The translations under genes were made by a program, and so were the position numbers. The notes under the pieces are model-generated. The model made no database searches, was not told the origin of the DNA, and worked only from the letters and a program-made list of their open reading frames with translations. From assembly GCA_963666275.2 (NCBI GenBank), contig CAXXOA010000003.1, positions 160,001 through 224,000 on the forward strand: a DNA stretch of 64,000 bases. Direction: 5' to 3'. This document shows positions 9,763 to 20,057 of this stretch, piece after piece; position 1 is the stretch's first letter; every line of letters starts with the position of its first letter. This DNA is from Oceanispirochaeta sp. (GTDB taxonomy: Bacteria > Spirochaetota > Spirochaetia > DSM-2461).

Positions 9763-10878
9763 TTGCCCAAGCCGATTATGACATCTCTGGAGGGCTCTTT
9801 TGCCCGTTTTACCATTATAAACAGGGTCCCCGGTATCTTGGCGGACATGATTGCCGGCAATTCCTTCCCCCCGGAAGTGGAGAAGGAGCTGAAAGATCTG
9901 GAAAACTCACTTCCCGAAGGAGATCTGGTTCCTCTGAAGGAGGATTCTCCCTATGCGGAAGAGATCAACCGGACCCTGCGGGAGAACCCCGGTTACAACT
10001 GGCTGAACGGTCCCTTTCTTTTTCTTGAAAACTACCTGTATCACCGGATTTCCCAGATTTGCGGTTATGATATCCAGGGCAGGGACTATTTCCTTTATAG
10101 GAAGGAAGCCGAGGCGCGCCGGGGGCTGGTAAAGTTTAAAGAGAATCTGAAGACTCTCCCGGGACTGGACAGCTTTGCCCGGGTCTGCCTGCTCAACCTG
10201 ATGGGGAACAAGGCCGATCTGAGCCAGAACGGTTCCTATTACTCTTCCGATGCGTCCTTTGATCTGCTGATCGATTCCCGCTGTGAGGCGGAAAAAATCC
10301 TGGAGAAAGCTTTCCGGGTGGATATCGTTCTGGACAACGCGGGGGAGGAGCTCTTTTTCGATCTTCTCATGGCTCACTGGCTCCTGAGCCGCAGCACTGT
10401 GGAAAAGGTAAAGCTCCATTTTAAAAGTATGCCCTATTTTGTGTCGGATGCTCTGATCAGCGATTACAGGATGCTCCTGGATCTTCTGTCGGAACAGGAG
10501 GAGACCTCCCGGTTCAGCCGGGATCTGGAGCGTTTTGAAAAAGAGGGGAAGCTGGAACTGGGTGCCCATCCCTTTTTTGCCGGGGGCGGTCTCTATTCCC
10601 GTATGCCCGATGATCTTTCAAAGGAGTTCTCCCGGTCGGACCTGGTGATCTTCAAGGGAGACCTGAACTACCGGCGGCTGGTGGGAGACGATATGCTGGA
10701 TTATGAAACCCCCACGTCCTCCCTGGTAGACTACTTTCCCGCAGATATTCTAATCTGCCGGATTCTGAAGTGCGAACTTGTGGTGGGACTGACCCCGGAG
10801 GTGATTCCCCACAGGGATAAAACAGAGTGGATGTTCAACGGAAAGTACGGGCTTATTGAGCTTGTGCCCTCCCGCTAG
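9763..10878 (+). CDS. Damage-control phosphatase, ARMT1/DUF89 family
   Basis: GNKADLS, VLDNAGEEL, PYFVSD, FKGDLNYRRL motifs. Confidence 0.88.
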   Translation: MPKPIMTSLEGSFARFTIINRVPGILADMIAGNSFPPEVEKELKDLENSLPEGDLVPLKEDSPYAEEINRTLRENPGYNWLNGPFLFLENYLYHRISQICGYDIQGRDYFLYRKEAEARRGLVKFKENLKTLPGLDSFARVCLLNLMGNKADLSQNGSYYSSDASFDLLIDSRCEAEKILEKAFRVDIVLDNAGEELFFDLLMAHWLLSRSTVEKVKLHFKSMPYFVSDALISDYRMLLDLLSEQEETSRFSRDLERFEKEGKLELGAHPFFAGGGLYSRMPDDLSKEFSRSDLVIFKGDLNYRRLVGDDMLDYETPTSSLVDYFPADILICRILKCELVVGLTPEVIPHRDKTEWMFNGKYGLIELVPSR

Positions 10879-11080
10879 GCCAGCAGTCCTTCCCCCAGGA
10901 TCTCCTGTCTGGCATCCCTGACCATCCTGTAGGCTTTCGAGGCAACACGCATGTCAGCGGCCGAGGGGTTTCCCGGTGCCAGGGCTGCTGTGAGGATAGA
11001 GTTTGCCTTGCTGAGAGTACTGCGGGGATCTCCCGGGACAGGGCTCATATCAACCTTGATTCCTCCCCCCACCGCATAAT
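10875..11080 (-). pseudogene. C-terminal fragment of an SprA-related family protein
   Basis: YAVGGG-IKVDMSPVPGDP..TLSKA..I..AALAP.NPSAADMRVA resembles the SprA-related C-terminal motif; no start or N-terminal part. Confidence 0.55.
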
Positions 11081-11108
11081 TGGAATATAACTCTGTAAAG
11101 GGCGGGAT

Positions 11109-11741
11109 TCAATGTGAAATGGACTCCTGTGGGACTTTCTTTGCCTGTGTCTGGGTGGTTCTGGATTTTTTTTTGCCCGGCTGATCCCATTGCAGAGTGA
11201 TATGCCGGATCTCATGGCTTTCGATAATCCGGTCCTGATTGGAATCGATGAAGAGGGAGAGATAGACCTTCCGGGGGTGCTCCTGCCGGCCCTCAATGGT
11301 CTGGAATCCCAGAATATTCAGAGTCGCTCCGTTCTGCCTGTTGATCCTTCTATCCGGGCTCATGTAGTTGTGGGTGCCCTCCCGATTGAGGGAGAGGTAA
11401 TAGGCCCTGTCTTTGTTCTCGTACATGGCCAGTCCCGTGGCCGGGGCAAACATCACCGTGTCGGAGGTGCTGACGGGGTAGATGTAGCGGTGAAACATCT
11501 CATCCGTAGGATAGGCAAAAATGGCCACCGCCACTTCCGGGGAGACGCCCTCTATGTCTATCTGAAAGGGCCGGTCCTGCAGGGGATAGTTCCCCGCATC
11601 GGGCAGGATCTCCCGGTTGTCCTGGAGAATGGAAAGGGTAAAATCCGACCGGTCCTCCTGTGAGCTCAGGGGCAGGAGAGTTCCTGTCAGCAGGAATAGG
11701 AAAAAAAGAATCTGTGAACTGTTCAATTCTCCTCCCTCCAT
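11109..11741 (-). CDS. Hypothetical exported protein
   Basis: 210-aa ORF with signal-peptide-like N-terminus; true start may be a few codons downstream. Confidence 0.6.
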   Translation of the reverse strand: MEGGELNSSQILFFLFLLTGTLLPLSSQEDRSDFTLSILQDNREILPDAGNYPLQDRPFQIDIEGVSPEVAVAIFAYPTDEMFHRYIYPVSTSDTVMFAPATGLAMYENKDRAYYLSLNREGTHNYMSPDRRINRQNGATLNILGFQTIEGRQEHPRKVYLSLFIDSNQDRIIESHEIRHITLQWDQPGKKKSRTTQTQAKKVPQESISH

Positions 11742-11928
11742 TGCATCTTCAGGTCCGATGCCGGATCCATGCTTAAGATCTCAATCATTTCTCTGTACTC
11801 AAGGAGTTTGTGCCCGGCTATCTGCTTATCCACACCTTACAGTTATGTTCAGTTCTATGTCCAGTCAAAGAACTGAATCGGTTCTTTGATATGTTCAGGA
11901 ACCTTTCCGGTTCCTGTTGAAGCCTGTG

Positions 11929-12393
11929 CTATGGATTTACAGGGATATAATAGGTTGTAAACCGGCGGCCTTCCATTTCTGTGGCGGTCACCCGGGAGGC
12001 CATTTTTTCCAGAGCCCTGTAGGCGGGACGGGAATCAAGCAGGTGAAACAGGACCTCCCTGTGTCCCAGCTCCTGCGCCCAGCTCATAAGATCCTTGAAA
12101 ATGGCCAGGCCGGTTCCCCAGAACTTTGAAGAGATCACAATGGCCAGTTCAAATCCCAGTTCATCCGGCTGGATGCCGCACCATCCTGCCAGTTCTCCCC
12201 GGACTGTCACCGCCCTGACCCGGCAGCCCGGAGTCTCATCGATCCGAGTCTTCTCTTCCATCCACTGGCGGGCGGCGGGGACATCAAAAACAGGATATTC
12301 CATTAAATGGGTTCTCAGAGAGTCTTCATTCATCAGAGCCATCATTCTCTCAGGGGCGACATCCTGAAGACGGATGTATTCAATGCGTTTCAT
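11929..12393 (-). CDS. GNAT family N-acetyltransferase
   Basis: LAGWCGIQ, FELAIVISSKFWGTG; ATG 12393 after GAGG. Confidence 0.75.
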   Translation of the reverse strand: MKRIEYIRLQDVAPERMMALMNEDSLRTHLMEYPVFDVPAARQWMEEKTRIDETPGCRVRAVTVRGELAGWCGIQPDELGFELAIVISSKFWGTGLAIFKDLMSWAQELGHREVLFHLLDSRPAYRALEKMASRVTATEMEGRRFTTYYIPVNP

Positions 12394-12768
12394 CCAGTCC
12401 AACCTCAATTTTTGTATTTTCGGGTACTCCGGAATTCCATTGTAGGCGAGTCCGTCTTCTAAAGCCAGTCCTGTCTCAAAAAAGGGAATTTGACTTTTGC
12501 CTCCGTTCTTCTTAAGTTTATAAAAAGAGAACAATAGATATGTTTTTTATTCTTTTCAAAGTCCATACCTCAAATGATTTATTCAAAAGCCGAAAAATAG
12601 ATTTCGTTTTTTTTTAATCCGGCCGCTCAGGGGCTGGAAGGCGAGTCATCCCTTTTCATTCCCTCTTTTATCCTGTTCCGGTTCATCCCCTATGGGGATA
12701 GTTTTACTGTTATGCCGGAGCGGCAGCGGTCTGTTTTATTCAAATATATTTTTTAAGGAGAGTTTATT

Positions 12769-13191
12769 ATGTTACGAAAAGCTTCAGCTGTCTGGAAAGG
12801 TTCCATCAAAGAAGGAAAAGGTTCAGTTAAAACAGAAACCGGTCTTCTGGATGCGCCCTATTCATTTACATCCCGCTTTGAGAGCGGTAAAGGGACAAAT
12901 CCGGAAGAGCTTATCGGGGCCGCCCATGCGGGTTGTTTTTCCATGGCCCTAAGCCTGATGCTGGGTGAGGCTGGATTCGAACCTCAGGAGATCAGCACCA
13001 CCGCAGAAGTAAAAATTGAAAAAGACGGTGACGGATTTACCATCACCGGTATAAAGCTGCTCACGGAGGCCGTGGTTCCGGGAATCGACAGGGACACTTT
13101 TGTGAAACATGCGGAAGAGGCCAAGGCGGGCTGTCCCGTGTCACGGGCTTTACAGGGAACCGAAATATCCCTTGAGGCAAAATTACAATAA
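12769..13191 (+). CDS. osmC: OsmC family peroxiredoxin
   Basis: SRFE..GTNPEELIGAAHAGCFSMA and AKAGCPVS two-Cys motifs. Confidence 0.93.
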   Translation: MLRKASAVWKGSIKEGKGSVKTETGLLDAPYSFTSRFESGKGTNPEELIGAAHAGCFSMALSLMLGEAGFEPQEISTTAEVKIEKDGDGFTITGIKLLTEAVVPGIDRDTFVKHAEEAKAGCPVSRALQGTEISLEAKLQ

Positions 13192-13222
13192 TTGTTCTGA
13201 GACTGCTATAAAGGAGTAAAAA

Positions 13223-13732
13223 ATGGGAGAACGTGGAAAAAGTATTCTGAATCTCGACACAGACAAACTTCTGTCTATGCTCAATTCCGCATTGGCAGAA
13301 GAGTGGCTGGCCTACTATCAGTACTGGATAGGAGCGCGGGTTATGGAAGGGCCCATGCGGGGGGATATTGAGAAGGAGCTGCTGCTCCATGCGAATCAGG
13401 AGCTGAACCATGCTGTGATGGTCTCCGAAAGGATCATCCAGCTGGGAGGCACTCCTGTATTGAGCCCTGATGAATGGAGCGCTCTGAGCCATTGCACCTA
13501 TCAGAAGCCGGAGGATCCCTATATTGAAGAGGTGCTGAAACAGAATCTCAACGGGGAACAGTGTGCCATTGAAACCTATGACCGGCTGGCAAAGTTTACC
13601 AGCGGAGAAGATGTGGCTACCTATGATATGGCGGTATTCATTCTCAAGGAAGAGCTTGAGCACGAACAGGACATCGAAGACTGGCTGACAGATATCAGGT
13701 CAATCAAAGAGAATTTCAGGAAAATGAAATGA
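13223..13732 (+). CDS. Ferritin-like Dps-like (DPSL/bacterioferritin-type) protein
   Basis: ALAEEWLAYYQYW, ELNHA..RIIQLGG.P, GEQCAI, EELEHE di-iron motifs. Confidence 0.85.
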   Translation: MGERGKSILNLDTDKLLSMLNSALAEEWLAYYQYWIGARVMEGPMRGDIEKELLLHANQELNHAVMVSERIIQLGGTPVLSPDEWSALSHCTYQKPEDPYIEEVLKQNLNGEQCAIETYDRLAKFTSGEDVATYDMAVFILKEELEHEQDIEDWLTDIRSIKENFRKMK

Positions 13733-13864
13733 CAGGAGCCTGTCCTCCGGGCGGAGGTTCCTGAAGCCGTTTGGGGATTTCTGCCCGGTCACATCTTCTG
13801 CCTGTAAAGACAGGCGGGAGAAGGCCGATCCTTTTCCCTGCCCCGGAGAGAGGACAGTTGTACT

Positions 13865-14119
13865 ATGAAAGATAAAACCATACTCCGCAAACTGCTCTGG
13901 AAAGAGTTCAAATACCTTTTGCTCTTTATAGGTCTGGGACTGTTTCTTATTGTTTTTAATCCTGATGTGGGCTCATGGAAGTATCCCCTGGGTTTTACAC
14001 AGGAGGTAAGGGAAGTTCTCAGGGCTGTGGGGTACGGTATCCTTATTGCGGGCTATCCCGTCTTTTTACTGACACGGATTTTTGCCTCCCTTATATTAAA
14101 ACTGATCAGACGTTTATAA
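13865..14119 (+). CDS. Small hypothetical membrane protein
   Basis: 84 aa, two hydrophobic segments, AGGA upstream. Confidence 0.55.
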   Translation: MKDKTILRKLLWKEFKYLLLFIGLGLFLIVFNPDVGSWKYPLGFTQEVREVLRAVGYGILIAGYPVFLLTRIFASLILKLIRRL

Positions 14120-14120
14120 T

Positions 14121-14415
14121 CACTCTTTCAGAATCCCCCGGTTTCTTATGCTGTAGTTCACAAAGGATTTATCCAGCAGGAAAAGGATAGCAATCAGGAC
14201 ATGGCAGGTTCCCCCCAGGATCAGCCAGCCTATGATGCCGATCAGATGGGTTACCGGTATGGCAATGGTGAGCCCCAGGGGGATCATAAGCTGCGACAGG
14301 GCTGAACTCCCATATAGATGGCGAACTGGGTAATGCCGCTGCCGAAGAGGCTCAGGAACTGGCCGACCCAGAGGGGCAGGGTGTTGGTTTTCCAGTTTTC
14401 TTTTATATCTGTGAC
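14121..14415 (-). pseudogene. Internally deleted MFS transporter (MefA/DHA3-like) remnant
   Basis: Minus strand reads ENWKTNTLPLWVGQFLSLFGSGITQFAI (typical first helix) joined directly to LMIPLGLTIAIPVTHLIGIIGWLILGG (typical last helices). Confidence 0.55.
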
Positions 14416-14646
14416 GCCCGGGGGTAAACGCGATTTCAGATTTGCGACTCCTCAGTGTATTTCTCCGATTTTCCTCAGAGAGTCAGCGGATACTGTCCCT
14501 GTCTGTAGATTTTTATCCGGAATCCGGACAGGGCCAATCCAATCTCCATTGGAAACGAGGATTCTCTATTTGTGGCTTTTTTATTATAGGGAGAAGAGAC
14601 TCAGGATAGAGAGGAGGTAAGGAAACCGGATTCCTTTTCGACAGGT

Positions 14647-14985
14647 TCAGTTTGCCGCCAGAAGGGTTATGAGAACATTGAAATTGGCGGAGTCGTATTT
14701 TTTGAGATACTTTTTTGTCCGGATACCCGCATCATAGACATCTTTTACAACCAGGTTGACCGCAGAGAGGACTTCCCTGTTGTTGATGGACCGGACAATA
14801 TCAATCATCTTTTCGGGTTCCCTGTTTTCCGCCATGCGCCGTCTCATCCGGGTCAGATGGTCATTCCGCAGATTGTCCGGCAGGGTTTCCAGATCGGAAA
14901 GCCAGTTCATCAGCTCCTGAGAGTCTACGGCGGCATCGATAAAGTCTATAACATTCTGATAGGGGTTATTGTTGATCAGTTTCAT
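14647..14985 (-). CDS. Hypothetical protein
   Basis: ORF from ATG 14985 (MKLINNNPY) after AAGGG. Confidence 0.6.
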   Translation of the reverse strand: MKLINNNPYQNVIDFIDAAVDSQELMNWLSDLETLPDNLRNDHLTRMRRRMAENREPEKMIDIVRSINNREVLSAVNLVVKDVYDAGIRTKKYLKKYDSANFNVLITLLAAN

Positions 14986-15098
14986 TGGTATTCCCTTATT
15001 TTCAGTATACCGCAGGTTGAGGGGGATATCCGGGTTTTTCCCGGGAAGTTCGGAGAAACCGGATCCTTCCGGGGCAGATGAGTTCACATCTCTCATCC

Positions 15099-16421
15099 CT
15101 AAACCCGATTGGACGCCTTGATTTCCAGATACTGGTCGACCAGCCTGGCCGTGACCATTTCGGGAAGAATATCCAGAACTTTGATTCCCCTGTGTTTAAG
15201 TCTGGTTATGGACTGATTCCTTTTCAGGATCATGGACCTGGCCGCTGTTATAGAATAGATATCCAGTAGATTTTCCGACTCCCTTTCGGCTTCTTCCTGC
15301 AGTATCTTATCTCTTAATAAAATAAACAGGAAGGCATGTTTTTTGGACAGTAGAGATAAGTTTTTCCTGAACAGGGAGTAGTTTATATCATCTATGATAT
15401 CGGAAATAAAAATAACGATGGATCTCTTATTGATATTCCCGAACAGGTAGTTGAAGACAAGGGAATAGTTTGATTCCACGAACTCCGCCTGAACCGGAGA
15501 GATGAACCTGATGATATTCTGCATGGGATTTTTGTGGCCAGTTGCGGTGAAGTCCCCGATAATGCGGTCAGAAAAGGGGATGATCCGAATGCGGTCACCC
15601 ATGGAAATCGTGACATAAGAGAGAACGAGAAGAGCGTTTATGGCCAGATCAATGGAGGAAAAACGCCCTTCTTCAGATGTCATGAGCCGCCCGCAGTCCA
15701 GGACGAATACCACATCATTCATACTTTCCATCTGGTATACCCGGGAGATTGGTCTGTTCATCCTGGCCGATGCCTTCCAGTCGATGAATCTGGAATCATC
15801 GTCTTTGCTGTATTCGCGAAGAGACTCCAGCTCCGTTCCCCGCCCCTTATAGCGGTTTTTATGAATCCCCATTTCAAAGAGCCGGTTGTTACGGGCCATG
15901 CGAAAGTACTCTTTCAGTTCCCAGATATCGGGATAGACATCCAGTGTGACGGCAAGGGACTCCTTACAGTAAAGGTGAAACAGTTTCCGGGGACTGGAAA
16001 TCCTTATATTCATGGTATCCAGAGTGTATCTGCCTCTCCTTTTCGGATGAAGCACAAAGGGAATGGTTTGAGTCTCTCCCTTTTGTATTTCCACGTTCAC
16101 CATTCCCTCATCCTGAGTCCAGAAACGGGGAAGGTCTAAAAGCATCTCCGCCTGTATGGCAAGGCTGCCCGTATTGTTCATCTCAAAAAGGACATCAGAT
16201 TTCCGGTCTATATAAAATTGAAACCGGTCGTTCACTGAGAGCTTATAGTCCATTTTCCTGAGCATTAAATGCACTTCATAAAGGCAGAGCAACAGGAGTA
16301 TAAGGTCGAAAAGGAGAGCCAGTTTCAACAGCGCCGGAAACACAATTCCAAGCATCGTAACAGCCATAGGTATGAGGCAGATTTTAAGCAGAGTCACCGT
16401 AGGGACGAAAAACCGTCTCAT
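15099..16421 (-). CDS. DUF58 domain protein (MoxR-associated, vWA-like)
   Basis: GTELESLREY..DDDSRFIDWKASAR, VLDCGRLM. Confidence 0.88.
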   Translation of the reverse strand: MRRFFVPTVTLLKICLIPMAVTMLGIVFPALLKLALLFDLILLLLCLYEVHLMLRKMDYKLSVNDRFQFYIDRKSDVLFEMNNTGSLAIQAEMLLDLPRFWTQDEGMVNVEIQKGETQTIPFVLHPKRRGRYTLDTMNIRISSPRKLFHLYCKESLAVTLDVYPDIWELKEYFRMARNNRLFEMGIHKNRYKGRGTELESLREYSKDDDSRFIDWKASARMNRPISRVYQMESMNDVVFVLDCGRLMTSEEGRFSSIDLAINALLVLSYVTISMGDRIRIIPFSDRIIGDFTATGHKNPMQNIIRFISPVQAEFVESNYSLVFNYLFGNINKRSIVIFISDIIDDINYSLFRKNLSLLSKKHAFLFILLRDKILQEEAERESENLLDIYSITAARSMILKRNQSITRLKHRGIKVLDILPEMVTARLVDQYLEIKASNRV

Positions 16422-17398
16422 CTCGGGACTTCCACCTTGTCGATAATACTCCTTAAGAGCTCATCGGGGTTGATGTTCTCCATCACGGCTTCCACCTCGA
16501 GTATCATCCTGTGCCTCAGAACAGGATAGGCAATTTCCTTCACATCATCGGGTATGACATAATCGCGGCCCGACAGGACGGCCATTACTCTGGCGCCCTT
16601 GAACAGATCCACGGAACCTCTGGGGGACGACCCGACTTCAATTCCGGGATAGTCTCTTGTGGCCGTGACAAGATTTGTTATGTAGTCAATAATCCTGTCG
16701 TCTACCGTGACTGTTTCCATTAATGTTTTGATCCTTCGGAGCATCTCTTTATCAACTACCGTCTTGAGATCGGCCTTCTGCAGTTTCGCCGCATCAAATC
16801 CGGCTCTGTAGTTTTTTAAAAGGTCCCGTTCTTCGCTCAGGCTGGGGTAATCTATCAGGATTTTCATAAAAAACCTGTCGATCTGGGCCTCCGGCAGGGG
16901 ATAGGTTCCTTCCATTTCAATGGGATTCTGCGTGGCGATGCAGATAAAGTAATCCTCCAGGGAATAGTCCGTTCCGTCCAGTGTAACCTGTTTTTCCTGC
17001 ATGACCTGCAGCAGGGCAGACTGAGTTTTAGCCGGAGACCGGTTCACCTCGTCAGCCAGAAGGACATTGCAGAATACAGGCCCCTTGCGGATGGAAAAGT
17101 CCTTAAGCTCTGCGTTATAGACAGTCGTTCCGATAATATCGGAAGGCATCAGGTCGGGAGTGAACTGGATCCGTTTATACTCCCCGGCAATAATGCGGGA
17201 AAGGCTGCCGGCCAGCAGGGATTTTCCCAGTCCGGGAATCCCTTCTATCAGAACATGCCCTCCGGCAAAAAGAGCCAGGAGTATATTTTCAACCACCCTC
17301 TCCTGTCCGACAATGACCTTGGACAGTTCTTTTTTCAAACTCTCATGGATGGCAACCACTTCATTGATTTCAAGATCGCGTTCTGTTTCAGGGCTCAT
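16418..17398 (-). CDS. moxR: MoxR family AAA+ ATPase
   Basis: GHVLIEGIPGLGKS, RIQFTPDLMPSD, LADEVNR, ATQNPIE.EGTYPLPEAQ.DRF. Confidence 0.95.
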   Translation of the reverse strand: MSPETERDLEINEVVAIHESLKKELSKVIVGQERVVENILLALFAGGHVLIEGIPGLGKSLLAGSLSRIIAGEYKRIQFTPDLMPSDIIGTTVYNAELKDFSIRKGPVFCNVLLADEVNRSPAKTQSALLQVMQEKQVTLDGTDYSLEDYFICIATQNPIEMEGTYPLPEAQIDRFFMKILIDYPSLSEERDLLKNYRAGFDAAKLQKADLKTVVDKEMLRRIKTLMETVTVDDRIIDYITNLVTATRDYPGIEVGSSPRGSVDLFKGARVMAVLSGRDYVIPDDVKEIAYPVLRHRMILEVEAVMENINPDELLRSIIDKVEVPR

Positions 17399-18464
17399 AT
17401 TTTCTCCTCTTGTCCAGGAGCTTTTCAAGTTCCCGGCGTTTTTTAAATCTGCGGAAGATCTCGTCTTCTGTAATATCCTTATGTTCATATCCCAGATCTG
17501 AATAATCCTTTTCAGAAATGTCTGGGGGCTTCCTGTTCCAACAGGAAATAATTCTGAAATAACTGCAGTCTACGGTTTCCACGATTTCACTGGCATTCGC
17601 CTTCTGAAAAAAAAGTCCCACAGCCCTTGTATGCTCCGTGACCTTCCGCATCTTCTTCCCTTCCAGCAGTTCGGGCCTGGCAAAGCGTTTTCCAAGGATC
17701 ATGACGGAAAGTGCGAACAGGATGGCAATCTGGAAAAATATATAGGCGCCCTTTTCCTGAAGGAGTCCTTTGAGTAGAGATACATCGTACAGGGCTTCAG
17801 GGCTTCTCTCCCGCATGTTGAGGGGCTGGCCCTTCATATTGGAAAAAAGATCATCCAGCATCAGGGCATTCTGAAGATTATGCATGTTCCGGTTATTGAA
17901 AAGAGATCTGTCGGCTACATAAAGCACCCGGCCCGAGCCGACTGCGGATTCCGCCACCACAGCCCCTTCCGAGGTTCTGAAATGGACCTTGTACCGGTCC
18001 AGCTTTTCCATCACCGGATCATCAAACCAGGCTGTGACAGTCAAGGGCTCCCTGTAGGGCTGTTTATTGTATAGATCTCTGACTACAAGGGGCTCTCCAT
18101 ATTGTAGAGCCTCTTCGTCCATCAGCAGGGAGATGCTGTCACCGATGAGGACAAGGGTATTCCCTTCGGTCAGCCAGGAGATATATTTTTCTCTTTCAAA
18201 ACCCTGCTCGGGAGCCGTCACATAGATAACGGTTGATTTCCCGGCCTTTGGAATTTTATATCTTTTTTCAAACTGAACATTGTGGTCCAGTTCTTCCAGC
18301 AGTCTGTAAAAGACATAGTATCCGTTGTCGAATTTGTTTTTATACAGCATGCTTCCCGGCAGGACGCCCCGGTATCCGGAGGCCGCCACTGCCAGGAATA
18401 CCAGAATCAGAAACAGGGAGAGTACGGCAAGAAGTCTGATGGGATGAACTTTATTCTGCTGCAT
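17388..18464 (-). CDS. DUF4350-like membrane-anchored protein
   Basis: N- and C-terminal TM segments, GSGRVLYVAD..LFNN, GKRF..P; position in the MoxR operon. Confidence 0.7.
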   Translation of the reverse strand: MQQNKVHPIRLLAVLSLFLILVFLAVAASGYRGVLPGSMLYKNKFDNGYYVFYRLLEELDHNVQFEKRYKIPKAGKSTVIYVTAPEQGFEREKYISWLTEGNTLVLIGDSISLLMDEEALQYGEPLVVRDLYNKQPYREPLTVTAWFDDPVMEKLDRYKVHFRTSEGAVVAESAVGSGRVLYVADRSLFNNRNMHNLQNALMLDDLFSNMKGQPLNMRERSPEALYDVSLLKGLLQEKGAYIFFQIAILFALSVMILGKRFARPELLEGKKMRKVTEHTRAVGLFFQKANASEIVETVDCSYFRIISCWNRKPPDISEKDYSDLGYEHKDITEDEIFRRFKKRRELEKLLDKRRKYEP

Positions 18465-19083
18465 AAAAGGCCTCTGTAAACTGCTCTTCCAGATGAGTAT
18501 ACCTTAGGGAATCCGACTGATCTCCCCGAAACACGATCATCTCGGATGTCAGGGCGATCTCTTTGAAAGGGTTCAGCTTTGTACTGTTTTTCAATCGTCT
18601 GAAAATCTCTCTGTTGGTATAATCCCGCCCCTTTTCAAGGATCTTCGTATAGTAGAGATACTCATAGCTTCCCTTATGCAGTTCCAGTACTGCCCGGGAA
18701 TAATTTCCTTCTTCATAAAAAGCCCTGGCTCTCTGGAGGAAGTCGGTCTGTCCTTTCAGGAAGGCCTCTCTGTTTTCCGGCCCCGGTTTCTGCTGCGGGC
18801 GGAGAAAAATCAAGTCCTTCACAAGGAGTGTAATGAGCTTGTAGAGAATAAAGATGACCAGGGCGATAACACAGAGGAGGAAAATAATGCGATACAGCAG
18901 TCCCAGCCCGGCAAAAAACCTGAAAAAATTGATCAGGAAATCGGGTATCTCCCAGTTCAGAGGGGTGGGAGATTCCAGCTCCTCCAGTACAAGATCAAGC
19001 TTCTCCCTGACCAGATCGTTGTCTGCAGCCAGGAGGGTGAGGGGAACAACCATGTGAATGAGAGATAAAAGGTATTTTCTCAT
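18451..19083 (-). CDS. DUF4129-like membrane protein
   Basis: A..G.YSRAV, TNRE motif; operon context. Confidence 0.6.
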   Translation of the reverse strand: MRKYLLSLIHMVVPLTLLAADNDLVREKLDLVLEELESPTPLNWEIPDFLINFFRFFAGLGLLYRIIFLLCVIALVIFILYKLITLLVKDLIFLRPQQKPGPENREAFLKGQTDFLQRARAFYEEGNYSRAVLELHKGSYEYLYYTKILEKGRDYTNREIFRRLKNSTKLNPFKEIALTSEMIVFRGDQSDSLRYTHLEEQFTEAFYAAE

Positions 19084-20057
19084 TCCGATCTCTTCTGCCT
19101 GAGTGGCAGGATGACGAAATACAGCAGTACCAGAACGATGCTGACTATGGCCACTGCGACTTTCCAGGAATAGGGAATTTCCGCCGGAGATATATACCCC
19201 TCTATCATTGCCGCACAAAAGAGAAGGATGGCCGCTGTTCCCACAAGGAGCAGAATCTCATCGCGTTTGGCTTTCACTCCGTCCCAGGAGTAGAGTTTCC
19301 ATGATTTGAGCAGCGACATCCCCAGCATCAGACCTGCGGCTCCTGATATGGCTATGGCATTAAGCTCCAGAAAGGCATGGGCGGTCACAAACTCAAGCAG
19401 ATGATTTCCCATTCCCTGATTCACAAGATGAGCGAATATGGTTCCCAGAAAAACACCATTGTAGATAAGAAAGTAGACCGACCCCAGTCCCAGGAAGATC
19501 CCTGTTGAAAAACAGAGAAACGCAATGGAGGTATTGTGCTGGATATAATAGGCAGACATATGAGTCTGTTCTGCAGCGGTCCTTCCGGTTGCCGCCGATT
19601 CCCTGTACATCGTTTCAAGCTGCTCCACCACATTTTGCGAGAGGAATCTATAGACCATATCAGGCTGATAGAGTACAGAAATAAAAGAGGCTGCCGCGCT
19701 TCCCCAGAAGAGGAGCAACGCAATCAGGACAAAGGGGGCATTATCTATCAGCCCATGAGGCAGGAATCTCCTGAAGAATCTGGAAATATCAAGACGGGAG
19801 AGGGGTTTTACAAAATATAGATACGAGTGGGCCTGTCCTGTTATCCCATTCAGGTATTCAATCACATCGGGAGACAGATTGAGCATCCTTGCTTCCGCCA
19901 GGTCCTGGCAGCAGCTCCGATAGAGATCGGGAAAACAGGATATTTCATCGGTTGACAGTTTCCTTACCCCTTTTTTGGAGATTTTCTTAAGGATCTCTCT
20001 CAAGGAAGCCCAGCTCTCGCGTCTGGAATCGACAAAACGCTCGCTTTTAGTCTTCAT
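19080..20057 (-). CDS. SpoIIM (DUF95) family membrane protein
   Basis: YIQHNT.IAFL.F..G, NGVFLG, HAFLEL.AI.ISGAAG, AAMIEG. Confidence 0.88.
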   Translation of the reverse strand: MKTKSERFVDSRRESWASLREILKKISKKGVRKLSTDEISCFPDLYRSCCQDLAEARMLNLSPDVIEYLNGITGQAHSYLYFVKPLSRLDISRFFRRFLPHGLIDNAPFVLIALLLFWGSAAASFISVLYQPDMVYRFLSQNVVEQLETMYRESAATGRTAAEQTHMSAYYIQHNTSIAFLCFSTGIFLGLGSVYFLIYNGVFLGTIFAHLVNQGMGNHLLEFVTAHAFLELNAIAISGAAGLMLGMSLLKSWKLYSWDGVKAKRDEILLLVGTAAILLFCAAMIEGYISPAEIPYSWKVAVAIVSIVLVLLYFVILPLRQKRSE

